Shown: positions 40,363 through 50,217, counted from the first letter of the stretch. The stretch: 64,000 bases of DNA from Candidatus Cloacimonadales bacterium (GCA_963663475.2 CAXXJV010000001.1:1024001-1088000), one strand, 5' to 3'. Numbers and translations: made by a program. Notes: a model not told the origin generated them from the letters alone.

Positions 40363-40648
40363 CCTCTTAAATCCCAAAGGGATGACATTTATTAGCAAGG
40401 GGTGCAAACCCCTTGTAGAGTGCCACCACAATGGTGAGCCCTGAAAGGGCGACATAAAACATATGAATTTAACAATATAGATATTTTTCATAATATTGAA
40501 TGTTATATCATCATTCTTGCAGGATTTAACAGACATCTCCATGTTATATATTTGTCTATCCCGCTCTTTCAGGGCTAGTCTTGTTTTGGGTACTTTTCAA
40601 GGGGTTTGCACCCCTTGCTAATAAATGCCATCCCCTTGGGATTGAAGA
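40363..40648. repeat. 286-bp REPIN-like element, copy 1
   Basis: Terminal inverted arms AATCCCAAAGGGATG..TAGCAAGGGGTGCAAACCCCTTG / complement and inner GCCCTGAAAGGGC; near-identical direct copy at 41581-41866. Confidence 0.9.
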
Positions 40649-40770
40649 TAATCATTGCCTGATGGCATGATGTGGGCATCCTCACTCTCATTTAAGAAAT
40701 TCCGTCCTCTTGAGATTTAAGGTGTATTTCTTCCTTGCTATACCTTGAATATTTAAAAATATAAAACAAT

Positions 40771-41220
40771 TTAATCCCAGATATATTTTTCATTATAAGG
40801 AATATCATATTTATTTAAAAATAATAAAAATTCTTCCTGGAATGTTTTTACCCTATGATGTTCATGTTGATTTCCAATGTATTTAATAACTAAATCAATA
40901 TCTTTAGGACTAACAGAAAATGCTCCATATCCAGTTTGCCAACTGAATAATGTATATTCATAATTTTCAGATATCCACCGCGATGAGTTACTTTTTACAA
41001 ATCTAATTACTTCTATCAATGGATGTTTCTTTGATAACAGACATAGAACATGAATGTGATTCTGGTAGCCACCAATACTGATCACAGGTGAATCTATGTT
41101 TTTAAATAAACTTATAACGTAGTTGTAAATTTCTTGTTCATTTTCTGATGTGATATAGTTTTTTCTGTTTTTTGTACTAAATATGATGTGCATATAGTTC
41201 TTTACTAATGATTGACCCAT
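40771..41220 (-). mobile_element. tnpA: IS200/IS605-family HUH Y1 transposase (RAYT-like)
   Basis: HIIFSTK.R, HUH motif NHIHVL, FSWQTGYGAFSVS, catalytic Tyr in YIGNQ.EHH; AGGAGG RBS. Confidence 0.9.
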
Positions 41221-41580
41221 TTATCCTCCTTATGTAATCAAAATAACTATAACCTGTTATTTATTCCTCATTTTCAATCTCTTAAATTATAAAATGGGAT
41301 TTAAGAGACATTATCAGTTTATACATTCCTCTATTCTGAAATTCTATGGATTAATTTTGTAATTAGATTAATTCATATATCATACCAAATTAAGGGTAAA
41401 GAATTATTTGGTCAAGGATTAATTTAAGAAATGTGTGTTTTATTCGGAACTTTTCTGTATTTAGCAGTAGGATGATAAACAACAAAATCATTTGGTTATT
41501 AAGGTCTAAATTCTAATACAAGTTGTTGCTCTCTTAAATCCCAAAGGGATGGCATTTGTCTGCTTAAACTGGGAAGAATT

Positions 41581-41866
41581 CCTCTTAAATCCCAAAGGGA
41601 TGGCATTTGTCAGCAAGGGGTGCAAACCCCTTGTAGAGTGCCACCACAATGGTGAGCCCTGAAAGGGCGACATAAAACATATGAATTTAACAATATAGAT
41701 ATTTTTCATAATATTGAATGTTATATCATCATTCTTGCAGGATTTAACAGACATCTCCATGTTATATATTTGTCTATTCCGCCCTTTCAGGGCTAGTCTT
41801 GTTTTGGGTACTTTTCAAGGGGTTTGCACCCCTTGCTAATAAATGCCATCCCCTTGGGATTGAAGA
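41581..41866. repeat. 286-bp REPIN-like element, copy 2 (plus partial arm at 41531-41560)
   Basis: Direct repeat of 40363-40648 with only a few substitutions. Confidence 0.9.
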
Positions 41867-41867
41867 A

Positions 41868-41935
41868 AAGAATACCAGCAAGGATGCTGGCGCTCCCAGT
41901 AGAAGAATACCAGCAAGGATGCTGGCGCTCCCAGT
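41868..41935 (-). repeat. Two tandem REP-like palindromes (outer-right)
   Basis: AAGAATACCAGCAAGGATGCTGGCGCTCCCAGT x2, inverted relative to 40262-40292. Confidence 0.8.
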
Positions 41936-42075
41936 TTATCCCAGTATCTTATTCCTCATACTGAAAAATCTCGTATTTATAATTAGTAAAACTATAAGTC
42001 ATCAACAGTTTAGCAACTTTTTCTAATAGTTCATTCACTTCCTAATCAGCCTCTGTATAATCTGGGTTTAGCCTT

Positions 42076-43038
42076 TTATTTTGGATTAATCTCCTTAACA
42101 TCATCTCTTCTTTGGACAACTCGAAGAGCTTTTTTTTCTATTAATTGATCTAATAATTCTGCAGTAATTCTAGATTTTCCATTTCTCAGGGGGAATTTTT
42201 TATCATTCTCTAATTCTGGGGGGATATCCTTTTTCTGGCAGGTAGCTACTAGGATTGGTAAAATTGGTATTTCAATGATTTTCAATTTACTTTTATTAGT
42301 TAGGACAAATTTAAAAAGAAAAGCTTTAATCTCATTGTCTAAATCTTTATAGACGATTAAAGCTTGGTAGTAATCTTTTACTCCAAAGCTAATGCTTATA
42401 CTTAAAATTGTTCTTATCTTTATGGAGTTAAAACAATCATTAATTTTGCAGTCTTGTAAAGAATTTATAAAACACTCTACTTGATTATCTTCTATTGATT
42501 TCTTAAATTTTTGGACAGTATAATAGATAGCGTTATGCATCTTAGTGCCAGCAATCGAGGGTGCAAAAAAATTCTCTTTCATTCTATGAAAAAGTAACAT
42601 TTCTTGTGTTAAACGGTAAATTCTTGTCTTAAGCTTTTTCAATTCAATTTTATAATTCCGAGCTATTTCCGAGAGGGTTAAATGTTCTAAATAATAGTTT
42701 TGTAAAATGATTTTATCCTTGTTAGAAAGAAAATCATAAGAATTAATATCAATATCTTGTTCTATATATTCGGGGCTATTATCAGGATAGCCCTCTAATA
42801 TCATTGGATCAAGATTTATCTCTTGGTCAATTTGCTTATCTTTCATTCTCTTTAAACAAAAATTCTTGGTAACTGTAAACAGCCAATTATCTGTTTTGGC
42901 TGAATCTATTCGATTCTCGTTCAGGAAAAACTGAATAGCAGTTAACTGAGCCATCTCCTGGACTGTATCTTGGTCTGAAAAAAAACGATTAGCTACCTGT
43001 TTTGAATATTTTAGCACTTTTTCATAATTAATATCCAT
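42076..43038 (-). CDS. ECF-type sigma70 factor-like protein with C-terminal extension (paralog of 2195..3175)
   Basis: EMAQLTAIQ, NWLFTVTKNFC, YDFLS.KDK.IL...LSEIARNY; shared GTK.H, CKIND, I.E.P..P motifs. Confidence 0.7.
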   Translation of the reverse strand: MDINYEKVLKYSKQVANRFFSDQDTVQEMAQLTAIQFFLNENRIDSAKTDNWLFTVTKNFCLKRMKDKQIDQEINLDPMILEGYPDNSPEYIEQDIDINSYDFLSNKDKIILQNYYLEHLTLSEIARNYKIELKKLKTRIYRLTQEMLLFHRMKENFFAPSIAGTKMHNAIYYTVQKFKKSIEDNQVECFINSLQDCKINDCFNSIKIRTILSISISFGVKDYYQALIVYKDLDNEIKAFLFKFVLTNKSKLKIIEIPILPILVATCQKKDIPPELENDKKFPLRNGKSRITAELLDQLIEKKALRVVQRRDDVKEINPK

Positions 43039-43148
43039 TAGACTACACCCCTACAAATTATTTGAAGACAATGTTTTATGAGATTTTCAATGAAATATTT
43101 CCATTTTTGACTCTATATTAGTAGAGAAACTTAATTTAGGAGAAAGCT

Positions 43149-43355
43149 ATGAAATGGAAACTTATTCTTTTATTAATGATATTAATTTTCAATATCAAAA
43201 TATTTAGTCAAGAGTTTTATCAAGGTTATCGAGTTGTTTCTTGGGAAGAGATTCAAGGCATGGACTATTCAATTATTAGAGATGCTGATGGACATGATAT
43301 AGTTCACTTAGAGGAAACAGGTGAAATAGTAGTAGTTGTTGTATTTGAGTCATAG
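43149..43355 (+). CDS. Small secreted protein (68 aa) divergent from the ECF sigma gene
   Basis: AGGAG RBS; signal peptide ending IFS/Q; EIQGMDYS...DIVHLEETGEIVVVV resembles 1940..2101. Confidence 0.7.
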   Translation: MKWKLILLLMILIFNIKIFSQEFYQGYRVVSWEEIQGMDYSIIRDADGHDIVHLEETGEIVVVVVFES

Positions 43356-43596
43356 AACCTGAAATACTTTTAGTAATCAAACATATAATAATTATTTGTA
43401 ATATTAAGGAGGTACTTATGTTGAAAAAGGAAAGAAAAAAAATATCTGTATTTAGTTTTAATAATGAAGAGTTCAAGGGAATTATAAAATATCAGTAAGT
43501 AGATATTAAAATTATGCTGGACAAATTGTATACTCTTTCATAAACATAAAATATGTGCTTTAACTTATTAATTGATTATGTGTTTGAATTATAAAT

Positions 43597-43767
43597 GGTC
43601 AAAAAGTTAAAACTCTTGTTAAAAACAATAGTGATGCTGGAAGATATACGATTGTATGGAATGGTAAAGATACCAACGAGCGTGAAGTAGCCAGTGGTGT
43701 TTATCTGTATAGATTAGCATTTAATGGAAAAAATGTTGATGTTAAAAAGTGTATTTTAATGAAATAG
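43597..43767 (+). pseudogene. Orphan remnant of a secretion C-terminal domain
   Basis: GQKVKTLV...GRYTIVWNGKDTNEREVASGVYLYRL...KKCILMK*; in-frame stop just upstream and no start codon. Confidence 0.8.
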
Positions 43768-43775
43768 ATAATTAA

Positions 43776-43801
43776 GCTCAGCCCATTAATTTGGGCTGAG
43801 C
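43776..43801 (+). terminator. GC-rich stem-loop after the CTD remnant
   Basis: GCTCAGCCCA-TTAATT-TGGGCTGAGC. Confidence 0.55.
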
Positions 43802-43820
43802 AAAATTTTTAGGAGTTTGT

Positions 43821-45134
43821 ATGAAATATTTGCTAAGTATCATATTACTAATTTTTACTCTGGCTGGAGAGGCTCAAGATTATCAAAGGATTTCTCCCTT
43901 TGCTGAAGATGTTCCTATCAAGGGTGATTTTGTAAGTCCTAGCCAAGGTTGGGCATTTAAGTATAACGTTGATGAACTATACAGTGAGGATCTCTATTTT
44001 ACGGATGATGGCGGAGATAGTTGGGCTATGATTTATTCTTTAGATTATATTTGGGAAAAGTTTGTGGATATACAGATGATTGATAGTCAATTTGGCATGG
44101 CGACGGTAAATCTTGCTGGTGTTGATTACCGGGATTATAGATTAACTTATGATGGCGGTTATACTTGGACCTCAATCATAGATACCCTCCCTGATGGTTT
44201 AGAAATTCAGTATATTCAATTTATTTCCTCTGAGATTGGTTTTATCTGTACCCAGCCTCTAGTTGCTCATGAAAGTATCTCAATATACAAAACCGTTGAT
44301 TCTGGATTAACTTGGACTCAATCCCAAAATCCTAATAACTCTATAGGGATGCAGAATATTATGTACTCTCTTGATGAAACCAACATTTGGAGTGGGGGGT
44401 ATTTATATCCAACGATAGATGGAGGAGGACTACATTACTCTAATGATGGTGGTGATTCCTGGCAACTACTCCTTGAAACTCCGCCAATTTATGATTTAAA
44501 TATGGTTACTGCTGAATATGGAGCTTATCTCGGAATAAGTTATTCTCATTCTTTAATCAGCTTGGTAATCACTCATGATAATTTTAACACATCTACTTAT
44601 GTGTATACCGAGAATGACTTTGGGGATTATTTTTTTGGTTTTTGTTTCCAAAACGAAAGTAATATCTGGGTTGCCTGTAGAATGGGAAAAGTCATGCTTA
44701 GTCGGAATGGAGGAATATCATTCCGTGAATATGTAAATCTTAATGATGATTTACTAGATATTGAGTTTTTTAATGATACAGGTTTTGTTTATAGTGTCGA
44801 TAGTATCTACAAATTGACTTATCCTGTTAGTAATAATGATTCTGAACAAATATTAGGAAATGACTATCAACTCACTAACTATCCAAACCCTTTCAATCCT
44901 CAGACAACTATTTCATTTGCTCTTGAGAAAGCTGAGAGTGTGAAGTTGGAAATATTTAATTCTAAAGGGCAAAGAGTAAAAAATCTTTTGAAGAGCAAGC
45001 TTCAACCAGGAAAGCATAATTATGCATGGGATGGGACAGATAACCACAATAACAAAGTTAGTTCAGGAGTTTATTTTTATCGGCTTGAAGTTGCCGGAGA
45101 AAAACATATTAAACAGTGCATATTACTTAAATAA
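43821..45134 (+). CDS. Secreted YCF48/BNR-repeat beta-propeller protein with CTD (A1)
   Basis: signal peptide AGEA/Q; T.DGG.SW Asp-box repeats; NYPNPFNP...KQCILLK CTD. Confidence 0.85.
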   Translation: MKYLLSIILLIFTLAGEAQDYQRISPFAEDVPIKGDFVSPSQGWAFKYNVDELYSEDLYFTDDGGDSWAMIYSLDYIWEKFVDIQMIDSQFGMATVNLAGVDYRDYRLTYDGGYTWTSIIDTLPDGLEIQYIQFISSEIGFICTQPLVAHESISIYKTVDSGLTWTQSQNPNNSIGMQNIMYSLDETNIWSGGYLYPTIDGGGLHYSNDGGDSWQLLLETPPIYDLNMVTAEYGAYLGISYSHSLISLVITHDNFNTSTYVYTENDFGDYFFGFCFQNESNIWVACRMGKVMLSRNGGISFREYVNLNDDLLDIEFFNDTGFVYSVDSIYKLTYPVSNNDSEQILGNDYQLTNYPNPFNPQTTISFALEKAESVKLEIFNSKGQRVKNLLKSKLQPGKHNYAWDGTDNHNNKVSSGVYFYRLEVAGEKHIKQCILLK

Positions 45135-45143
45135 GGAGAAAAG

Positions 45144-46433
45144 ATGAATAGAATAATCTTAATCTTAGCAGTTATATTAACAACAATCCCGCTATTGGCT
45201 ACTGAATGGGTAGAAATTGACCCTCCAGAGGGGGCAAATGGAGGTCTTAGCTATCAGTTTATTTCTGCAACTGAGGGTTGGGCTTTTAGCTCAAATTATG
45301 ATGGAACACTGCTCTACCACACAAATAACACTGGACAAAGTTGGGAACAGATATATGTAAGTGATCAGAATCAAATAATAGATCTTCAAATGATTGATAG
45401 CCAACATGGTTGGGCTATACTCTATGGGTCTAATAGCACAAATCTTTTTACAACAATTAATGGTGGTGAAGACTGGTTTAGAGTTAATGTCCAAGTGCCA
45501 ATATACGGTCATGTTACAGCAATGGATTTCTCAGATATGGAGAATGGGCTTATAGCTGGTTTATCTGAAGGCATATCATATTTATACAGAACAACAAATG
45601 GTGGTTATGATCTTGAGAACTTATATGAAATTAATAATAGTTTTGAAGTTAGAAATATTACTTGTCTTGATGAAGTAAATATCTGGGTATCAGGCTCTCT
45701 TTTCGATGGGATAGCAATATATTCTAGTAATGAAGGTGTTGACTGGGATTTTATTGGTAATTCAATAGAGAACTCTGATGTAAAAAGATTTCACTTTTCA
45801 ACAGATCAGATTTATGGATTTACTGGGAATTTTATTATAGATGGAGACTTTCTTGGTAATGTCCTAATTCTAACCGACGATGGTATGGATACTTACACTC
45901 TTCTTGATGATTCAGTATTTGGAGAAAATGTTTATTCTTGCTATTTTATGGATGAACAAACTATCTGGGTTGGAGGTAGTGATAATATGTTTATAAGCAC
46001 CAATGGTGGAAGAACATTCTCTATCTATCAGAATTTTGATACAAATATCAAGGATATTACTTTTATTGATTCAACTGGCTTCGCTACTGGTGGTAACGGT
46101 TCTCTTTATGTTTACCATCCAGCTGTTAGTAATGATGAAGCAACTGTAGAGGTTCCCATCTTGGAGTTTAACTGTTATCCTAATCCCTTTAACCCAGAAA
46201 CAACTATCAGTTTTAATAATCCTCAAAATGGAAGAATCAGCTTGTCAATATACAATATCAAAGGACAGTTGGTAAAAACTCTGTTAGATGAAGAGATAGC
46301 TGTAGGGACTCATAGTATTGTCTGGAATGGTACCAACGAAAAAGGTATAAGTGTTACTTCAGGTATCTATTTTGCCAAAATAACTAATACTACTAGTAAT
46401 AGTTTAACCAAGAAAATGATTCTCATGAAATAG
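45144..46433 (+). CDS. Secreted YCF48/BNR-repeat beta-propeller protein with CTD (B1)
   Basis: signal peptide; TTNGG/T.NGG.DW repeats; CYPNPFNPET...KMILMK. Confidence 0.85.
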   Translation: MNRIILILAVILTTIPLLATEWVEIDPPEGANGGLSYQFISATEGWAFSSNYDGTLLYHTNNTGQSWEQIYVSDQNQIIDLQMIDSQHGWAILYGSNSTNLFTTINGGEDWFRVNVQVPIYGHVTAMDFSDMENGLIAGLSEGISYLYRTTNGGYDLENLYEINNSFEVRNITCLDEVNIWVSGSLFDGIAIYSSNEGVDWDFIGNSIENSDVKRFHFSTDQIYGFTGNFIIDGDFLGNVLILTDDGMDTYTLLDDSVFGENVYSCYFMDEQTIWVGGSDNMFISTNGGRTFSIYQNFDTNIKDITFIDSTGFATGGNGSLYVYHPAVSNDEATVEVPILEFNCYPNPFNPETTISFNNPQNGRISLSIYNIKGQLVKTLLDEEIAVGTHSIVWNGTNEKGISVTSGIYFAKITNTTSNSLTKKMILMK

Positions 46434-46463
46434 TTGACAGAAAAAGTAGATAAATAGTAATAT

Positions 46464-46495
46464 AATACAGAGGGAGGATGTCCTCTCTCTGTATT
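46464..46495 (+). terminator. Stem-loop after B1
   Basis: AATACAGAGGGAGGA-TG-TCCTCTCTCTGTATT. Confidence 0.55.
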
Positions 46496-46518
46496 CATTT
46501 TAATAACTAGGAGACTTT

Positions 46519-48798
46519 ATGTATAAACTTAATATATTAATTATAATATTGCTAATGGTTAGCATTAATATTACAGCTACAGTTTTAGAAGTAGGACTAG
46601 GGCAAGATTTTACTTACAACACTATCCAATCTGCTGTGGATGTAGCTGTAGATTACGATACAGTCTTGGTTCATCCTGGGCGATATATTGAAAATGTTGA
46701 TATTTTAGAGAAAAGTCTTACTCTAGGATCCCTATTTCTAACAACAGGTAACCAAGCTTATATAGACTCAACTATAATTGATGGGAATGATGAGGATACT
46801 GTTCTTAAGATTTATCATAATAGATATGTCCCTGAATTTAAATATATCAAAATATATGGACTTTCAATAACTGGTGGTAACACCTTGACTGACCATTTTA
46901 ATGAAAATGAGGGTAGAAATTATAAGGGAGGAGGAATTAATATTCTAGGTTATAGCTACCTTGATTCTGAGTTCTCTTCATTCGAATATTGCAAGATTTT
47001 TAATAATACATCTTCAACAGGAGGTGGAATCGCAATTTTTGAGTCAAATGTATGTATTGCAGGATGTGAAATTTTTAATAATAACGGAGGTCGTACTGGT
47101 GGTGGTATTTATAGTGTAGGAATAGATTATCAATTAGAATTATCTGAAACATATCCTAATTCTGTTTATAATAACAGTGCCGGTAAGGGCAGAGATGTTT
47201 ATATAGAACCAATAAATAGTAATCCTGCTCAAATAAACGGACTCTATTTTGATAAGATATCAGTTGCTCCTGAAGGTGATTTCTCTCACTACTATTATGT
47301 TTCAGATGTAATAGAATGGGATGGCGAGATTACTTACAACGAAACAGCTTATGAACGCATCGAAGCTGATTTATATGTTTCTCCCACGGGCAATGATAAT
47401 AACACAGGCTTAAGTCCAGCTCAAGCACTAAAGACTATTTCTAAAGCAACATCATTATTAAAACCTCGTACCAATGGCGATTATAATATTGTCTATGTAG
47501 CTCCCGGTTTATATTCTCCGGATACGACAGGAGAGGCTCAAGATTATCAAAGGATTTCTCCCTTTGCTGAAGATGTTCCTATCAAGGGTGATTTTGTAAG
47601 TCCTAGCCAAGGTTGGGCATTTAAGTATAACGTTGATGAACTATACAGTGAGGATCTCTATTTTACCGATGATGGCGGAGATAGTTGGGCTATGATTTAT
47701 TCTTTAGATTATATTTGGGAAAAGTTTGTGGATATACAGATGATTGATAGTCAATTTGGCATGGCGACGGTAAATCTTGCTGGTGTTGATTACCAGGATT
47801 ATAGATTAACTTATGATGGCGGTTATACTTGGACCTCAATCATAGATACCCTCCCTGATGGTTTAGAAATTCAGTATATACAATTTATTTCCTCTGAGAT
47901 TGGTTTTATCTGTACCCAGCCTCTAGTTGCTCATGAGAGTATTTCAATATTCAAAACCGTTGATTCTGGATTAACTTGGACTCAATCCCAAAATCCTAAT
48001 AACTCTATAGGGATGCAGAATATTATGTACTCTCTTGATGAAACCAACATTTGGAGTGGAGGGTATTTATATCCAACGATAGATGGAGGTGGACTACATT
48101 ACTCTAATGACGGTGGTGATTCCTGGCAACTACTCATTGTAACTCAACCAATTTATGATTTAGAAATGGTTACTGCTGAATATGGAGCTTATCTTGGAAT
48201 ACATTACTCGGCACAATGGAACAGTTTAGTATTCACTCATGATAATTTTAACACATCTACTTATGTGTATACCGAGAATGACTTTGCGGATTATTTTTTT
48301 GGTTTTTGTTTCCAAAACGAAAGTAATATCTGGGTTGCCTGTAGAATGGGAAAAGTCATGCTTAGTCGGAATGGAGGAATATCATTCCGTGAATATGTAA
48401 ATCTTAATGATGATTTACTAGATATTGAGTTTTTTAATGATACAGGTTTTGTTTATAGTGTCGATAGTATCTACAAATTGACTTATCCTGTTAGTAATAA
48501 TGATTCTGAACAAATATTAGGAAATGACTATCAACTCACTAACTATCCAAACCCTTTCAATCCTCAGACAACTATTTCATTTGCTCTTGAGAAAGCTGAG
48601 AGTGTGAAGTTGGAAATATTTAATTCTAAAGGGCAAAGAGTAAAAAATCTTTTGAAGAGCAAGCTTCAACCAGGAAAGCATAATTATGCATGGGATGGGA
48701 CAGATAACCATAATAGCAAAGTTAGTTCAGGAGCTTATTTTTATCGGCTTGAAGTTGCCGGAGAAAAACATATTAAACAGTGCATATTACTTAAATAA
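46519..48798 (+). CDS. Chimeric secreted protein: beta-helix/DUF1565-like N-half fused to a copy of A1 (A2) with CTD
   Basis: YNTIQSAVD...VHPGRY.EN, GGGI repeats, LYVSPTGND..TGLS; from GEAQDYQ onward nearly identical to 43821..45134. Confidence 0.85.
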   Translation: MYKLNILIIILLMVSINITATVLEVGLGQDFTYNTIQSAVDVAVDYDTVLVHPGRYIENVDILEKSLTLGSLFLTTGNQAYIDSTIIDGNDEDTVLKIYHNRYVPEFKYIKIYGLSITGGNTLTDHFNENEGRNYKGGGINILGYSYLDSEFSSFEYCKIFNNTSSTGGGIAIFESNVCIAGCEIFNNNGGRTGGGIYSVGIDYQLELSETYPNSVYNNSAGKGRDVYIEPINSNPAQINGLYFDKISVAPEGDFSHYYYVSDVIEWDGEITYNETAYERIEADLYVSPTGNDNNTGLSPAQALKTISKATSLLKPRTNGDYNIVYVAPGLYSPDTTGEAQDYQRISPFAEDVPIKGDFVSPSQGWAFKYNVDELYSEDLYFTDDGGDSWAMIYSLDYIWEKFVDIQMIDSQFGMATVNLAGVDYQDYRLTYDGGYTWTSIIDTLPDGLEIQYIQFISSEIGFICTQPLVAHESISIFKTVDSGLTWTQSQNPNNSIGMQNIMYSLDETNIWSGGYLYPTIDGGGLHYSNDGGDSWQLLIVTQPIYDLEMVTAEYGAYLGIHYSAQWNSLVFTHDNFNTSTYVYTENDFADYFFGFCFQNESNIWVACRMGKVMLSRNGGISFREYVNLNDDLLDIEFFNDTGFVYSVDSIYKLTYPVSNNDSEQILGNDYQLTNYPNPFNPQTTISFALEKAESVKLEIFNSKGQRVKNLLKSKLQPGKHNYAWDGTDNHNSKVSSGAYFYRLEVAGEKHIKQCILLK

Positions 48799-48807
48799 GG
48801 AGAAAAG

Positions 48808-50094
48808 ATGAATAGAATAATCTTAATCTTAGCAGTTATATTAACAACAATCCCGCTTTTGGCAACAGAATGGGTAGAAGTAGCTCCTCCAGAGGGGGCA
48901 AATGGAGGTCTTAGCTATCAGTTTATTTCTGCAACTGAGGGTTGGGCTTTTAGCTCAAATTATGATGGAACACTGCTCTACCACACAAATAACACTGGAC
49001 AAAGTTGGGAACAGATATATGTAAGTGATCAGAATCAAATAATAGATCTTCAAATGATTGATAGCCAACATGGTTGGGCTATAATATATAGAGGAATGTC
49101 GGTGGACCTTTTTACAACAGCTTCTGGTGGTGAAGCCTGGTTTAGAGTTGATGTTCAAGTGCCAATCTCCGGTCTTGTTACTACGATGGATTTCTCAGAC
49201 ATGGAAAATGGGCTTATTGCTGGTTATTCTGACGGTGTAAAATACGTCTATAGAACAACAAATGGGGGCTACGATTTTGAGGAATTATACCAAACTGATA
49301 TTAACTTTGTGATTACTGATATTAGTTGCCTTGGTGAAGATAACATTTGGGTTTTAGGTACCACTTCTGAAGGGATAGCTTTTTACTCTAGCAACGCAGG
49401 TGCCGACTGGGTTATCCTTGGTGATACTTTAAGCCATGCAAATACATTAAACTATAATTTTTTTTCAGACCAAGTTTATGGAATTTTAGGAGACTTTACG
49501 ATATATGAAGATATAATCTTTTATGCACTAATTCTAACCAACGATGGGATGGATACTTATACTCTTTATGATGATTCAACTTTTGGGGAATATGTTTATT
49601 CTTGTTATTTTATGGATGAACAAACTATCTGGGTTGGAGGTAGTGATAATATGTTTATAAGTACTAATGGTGGAAGATCTTTTGCTGTCTATCAGAATTT
49701 TGATACAAATATCAAGGATATTACTTTTATTGATTCAACTGGCTTCGCTACTGGGGGAAACGGTTCTCTTTATGTTTACCATCCAGCTGTTAGTAATGAT
49801 GAAGCAAGTGTAGAGGTTCCCATCTTGGACTTTAACTGTTATCCTAACCCTTTTAACCCAGAAACAACTATCAGTTTTAATAATCCTCAAAATGGAAGAA
49901 TCAGTTTGTCAATATACAATATCAAAGGACAGCTGGTAAAAACTCTGATAGATGAAGAGATAGCTGCAGGAACTCATAATTTTGTCTGGAATGGTACCAA
50001 CGAAAAAGGTATAAGTGTTACTTCAGGTATCTATTTTGCCAAAATAACTACTACTAGTACTAGTTTAACTAAGAAAATGATATTATTGAAATAG
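48808..50094 (+). CDS. Secreted beta-propeller protein with CTD (B2, paralog of B1)
   Basis: ends near-identical to 45144..46433, centre diverged. Confidence 0.85.
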   Translation: MNRIILILAVILTTIPLLATEWVEVAPPEGANGGLSYQFISATEGWAFSSNYDGTLLYHTNNTGQSWEQIYVSDQNQIIDLQMIDSQHGWAIIYRGMSVDLFTTASGGEAWFRVDVQVPISGLVTTMDFSDMENGLIAGYSDGVKYVYRTTNGGYDFEELYQTDINFVITDISCLGEDNIWVLGTTSEGIAFYSSNAGADWVILGDTLSHANTLNYNFFSDQVYGILGDFTIYEDIIFYALILTNDGMDTYTLYDDSTFGEYVYSCYFMDEQTIWVGGSDNMFISTNGGRSFAVYQNFDTNIKDITFIDSTGFATGGNGSLYVYHPAVSNDEASVEVPILDFNCYPNPFNPETTISFNNPQNGRISLSIYNIKGQLVKTLIDEEIAAGTHNFVWNGTNEKGISVTSGIYFAKITTTSTSLTKKMILLK

Positions 50095-50163
50095 TGTCAC
50101 TGATTTCTTTCATTACAAGAATCTAGCGAGTATTGCTTATAGCTTTCTAACGATGCTTCGAGT

Positions 50164-50196
50164 AAAAAAGGGCAGAAGGTTAATCTTCTGCCCTTT
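50164..50196. terminator. Bidirectional intrinsic terminator
   Basis: AAAAAAGGGCAGAAG-GTTAAT-CTTCTGCCCTTT between convergent B2 and hcp. Confidence 0.85.
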
Positions 50197-50217
50197 ATAT
50201 ATATTACGTAACTAATA

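Larger units (their letters stand above)
43866..50094 (+). repeat. ~2.57-kb direct duplication (43866-46433 and 47530-50094, offset 3664 bp)
   Basis: Nucleotide identity starts at GGAGAGGCTCAAG in both copies; the A-gene stop and B-gene start are offset by exactly 3664. Confidence 0.93.

Noticed and set aside
40217-42026. ORFs 40217..40444, 40222..40542, 41506..41760, 41799..42026
   Set aside because: They run through REP/REPIN palindromes; their mutual similarity reflects the DNA repeat, not a protein family.
44471-45930. DGR-type mutagenesis as the cause of A1/A2 and B1/B2 differences
   Set aside because: Substitutions affect C, G and T as well as A and include many synonymous changes.
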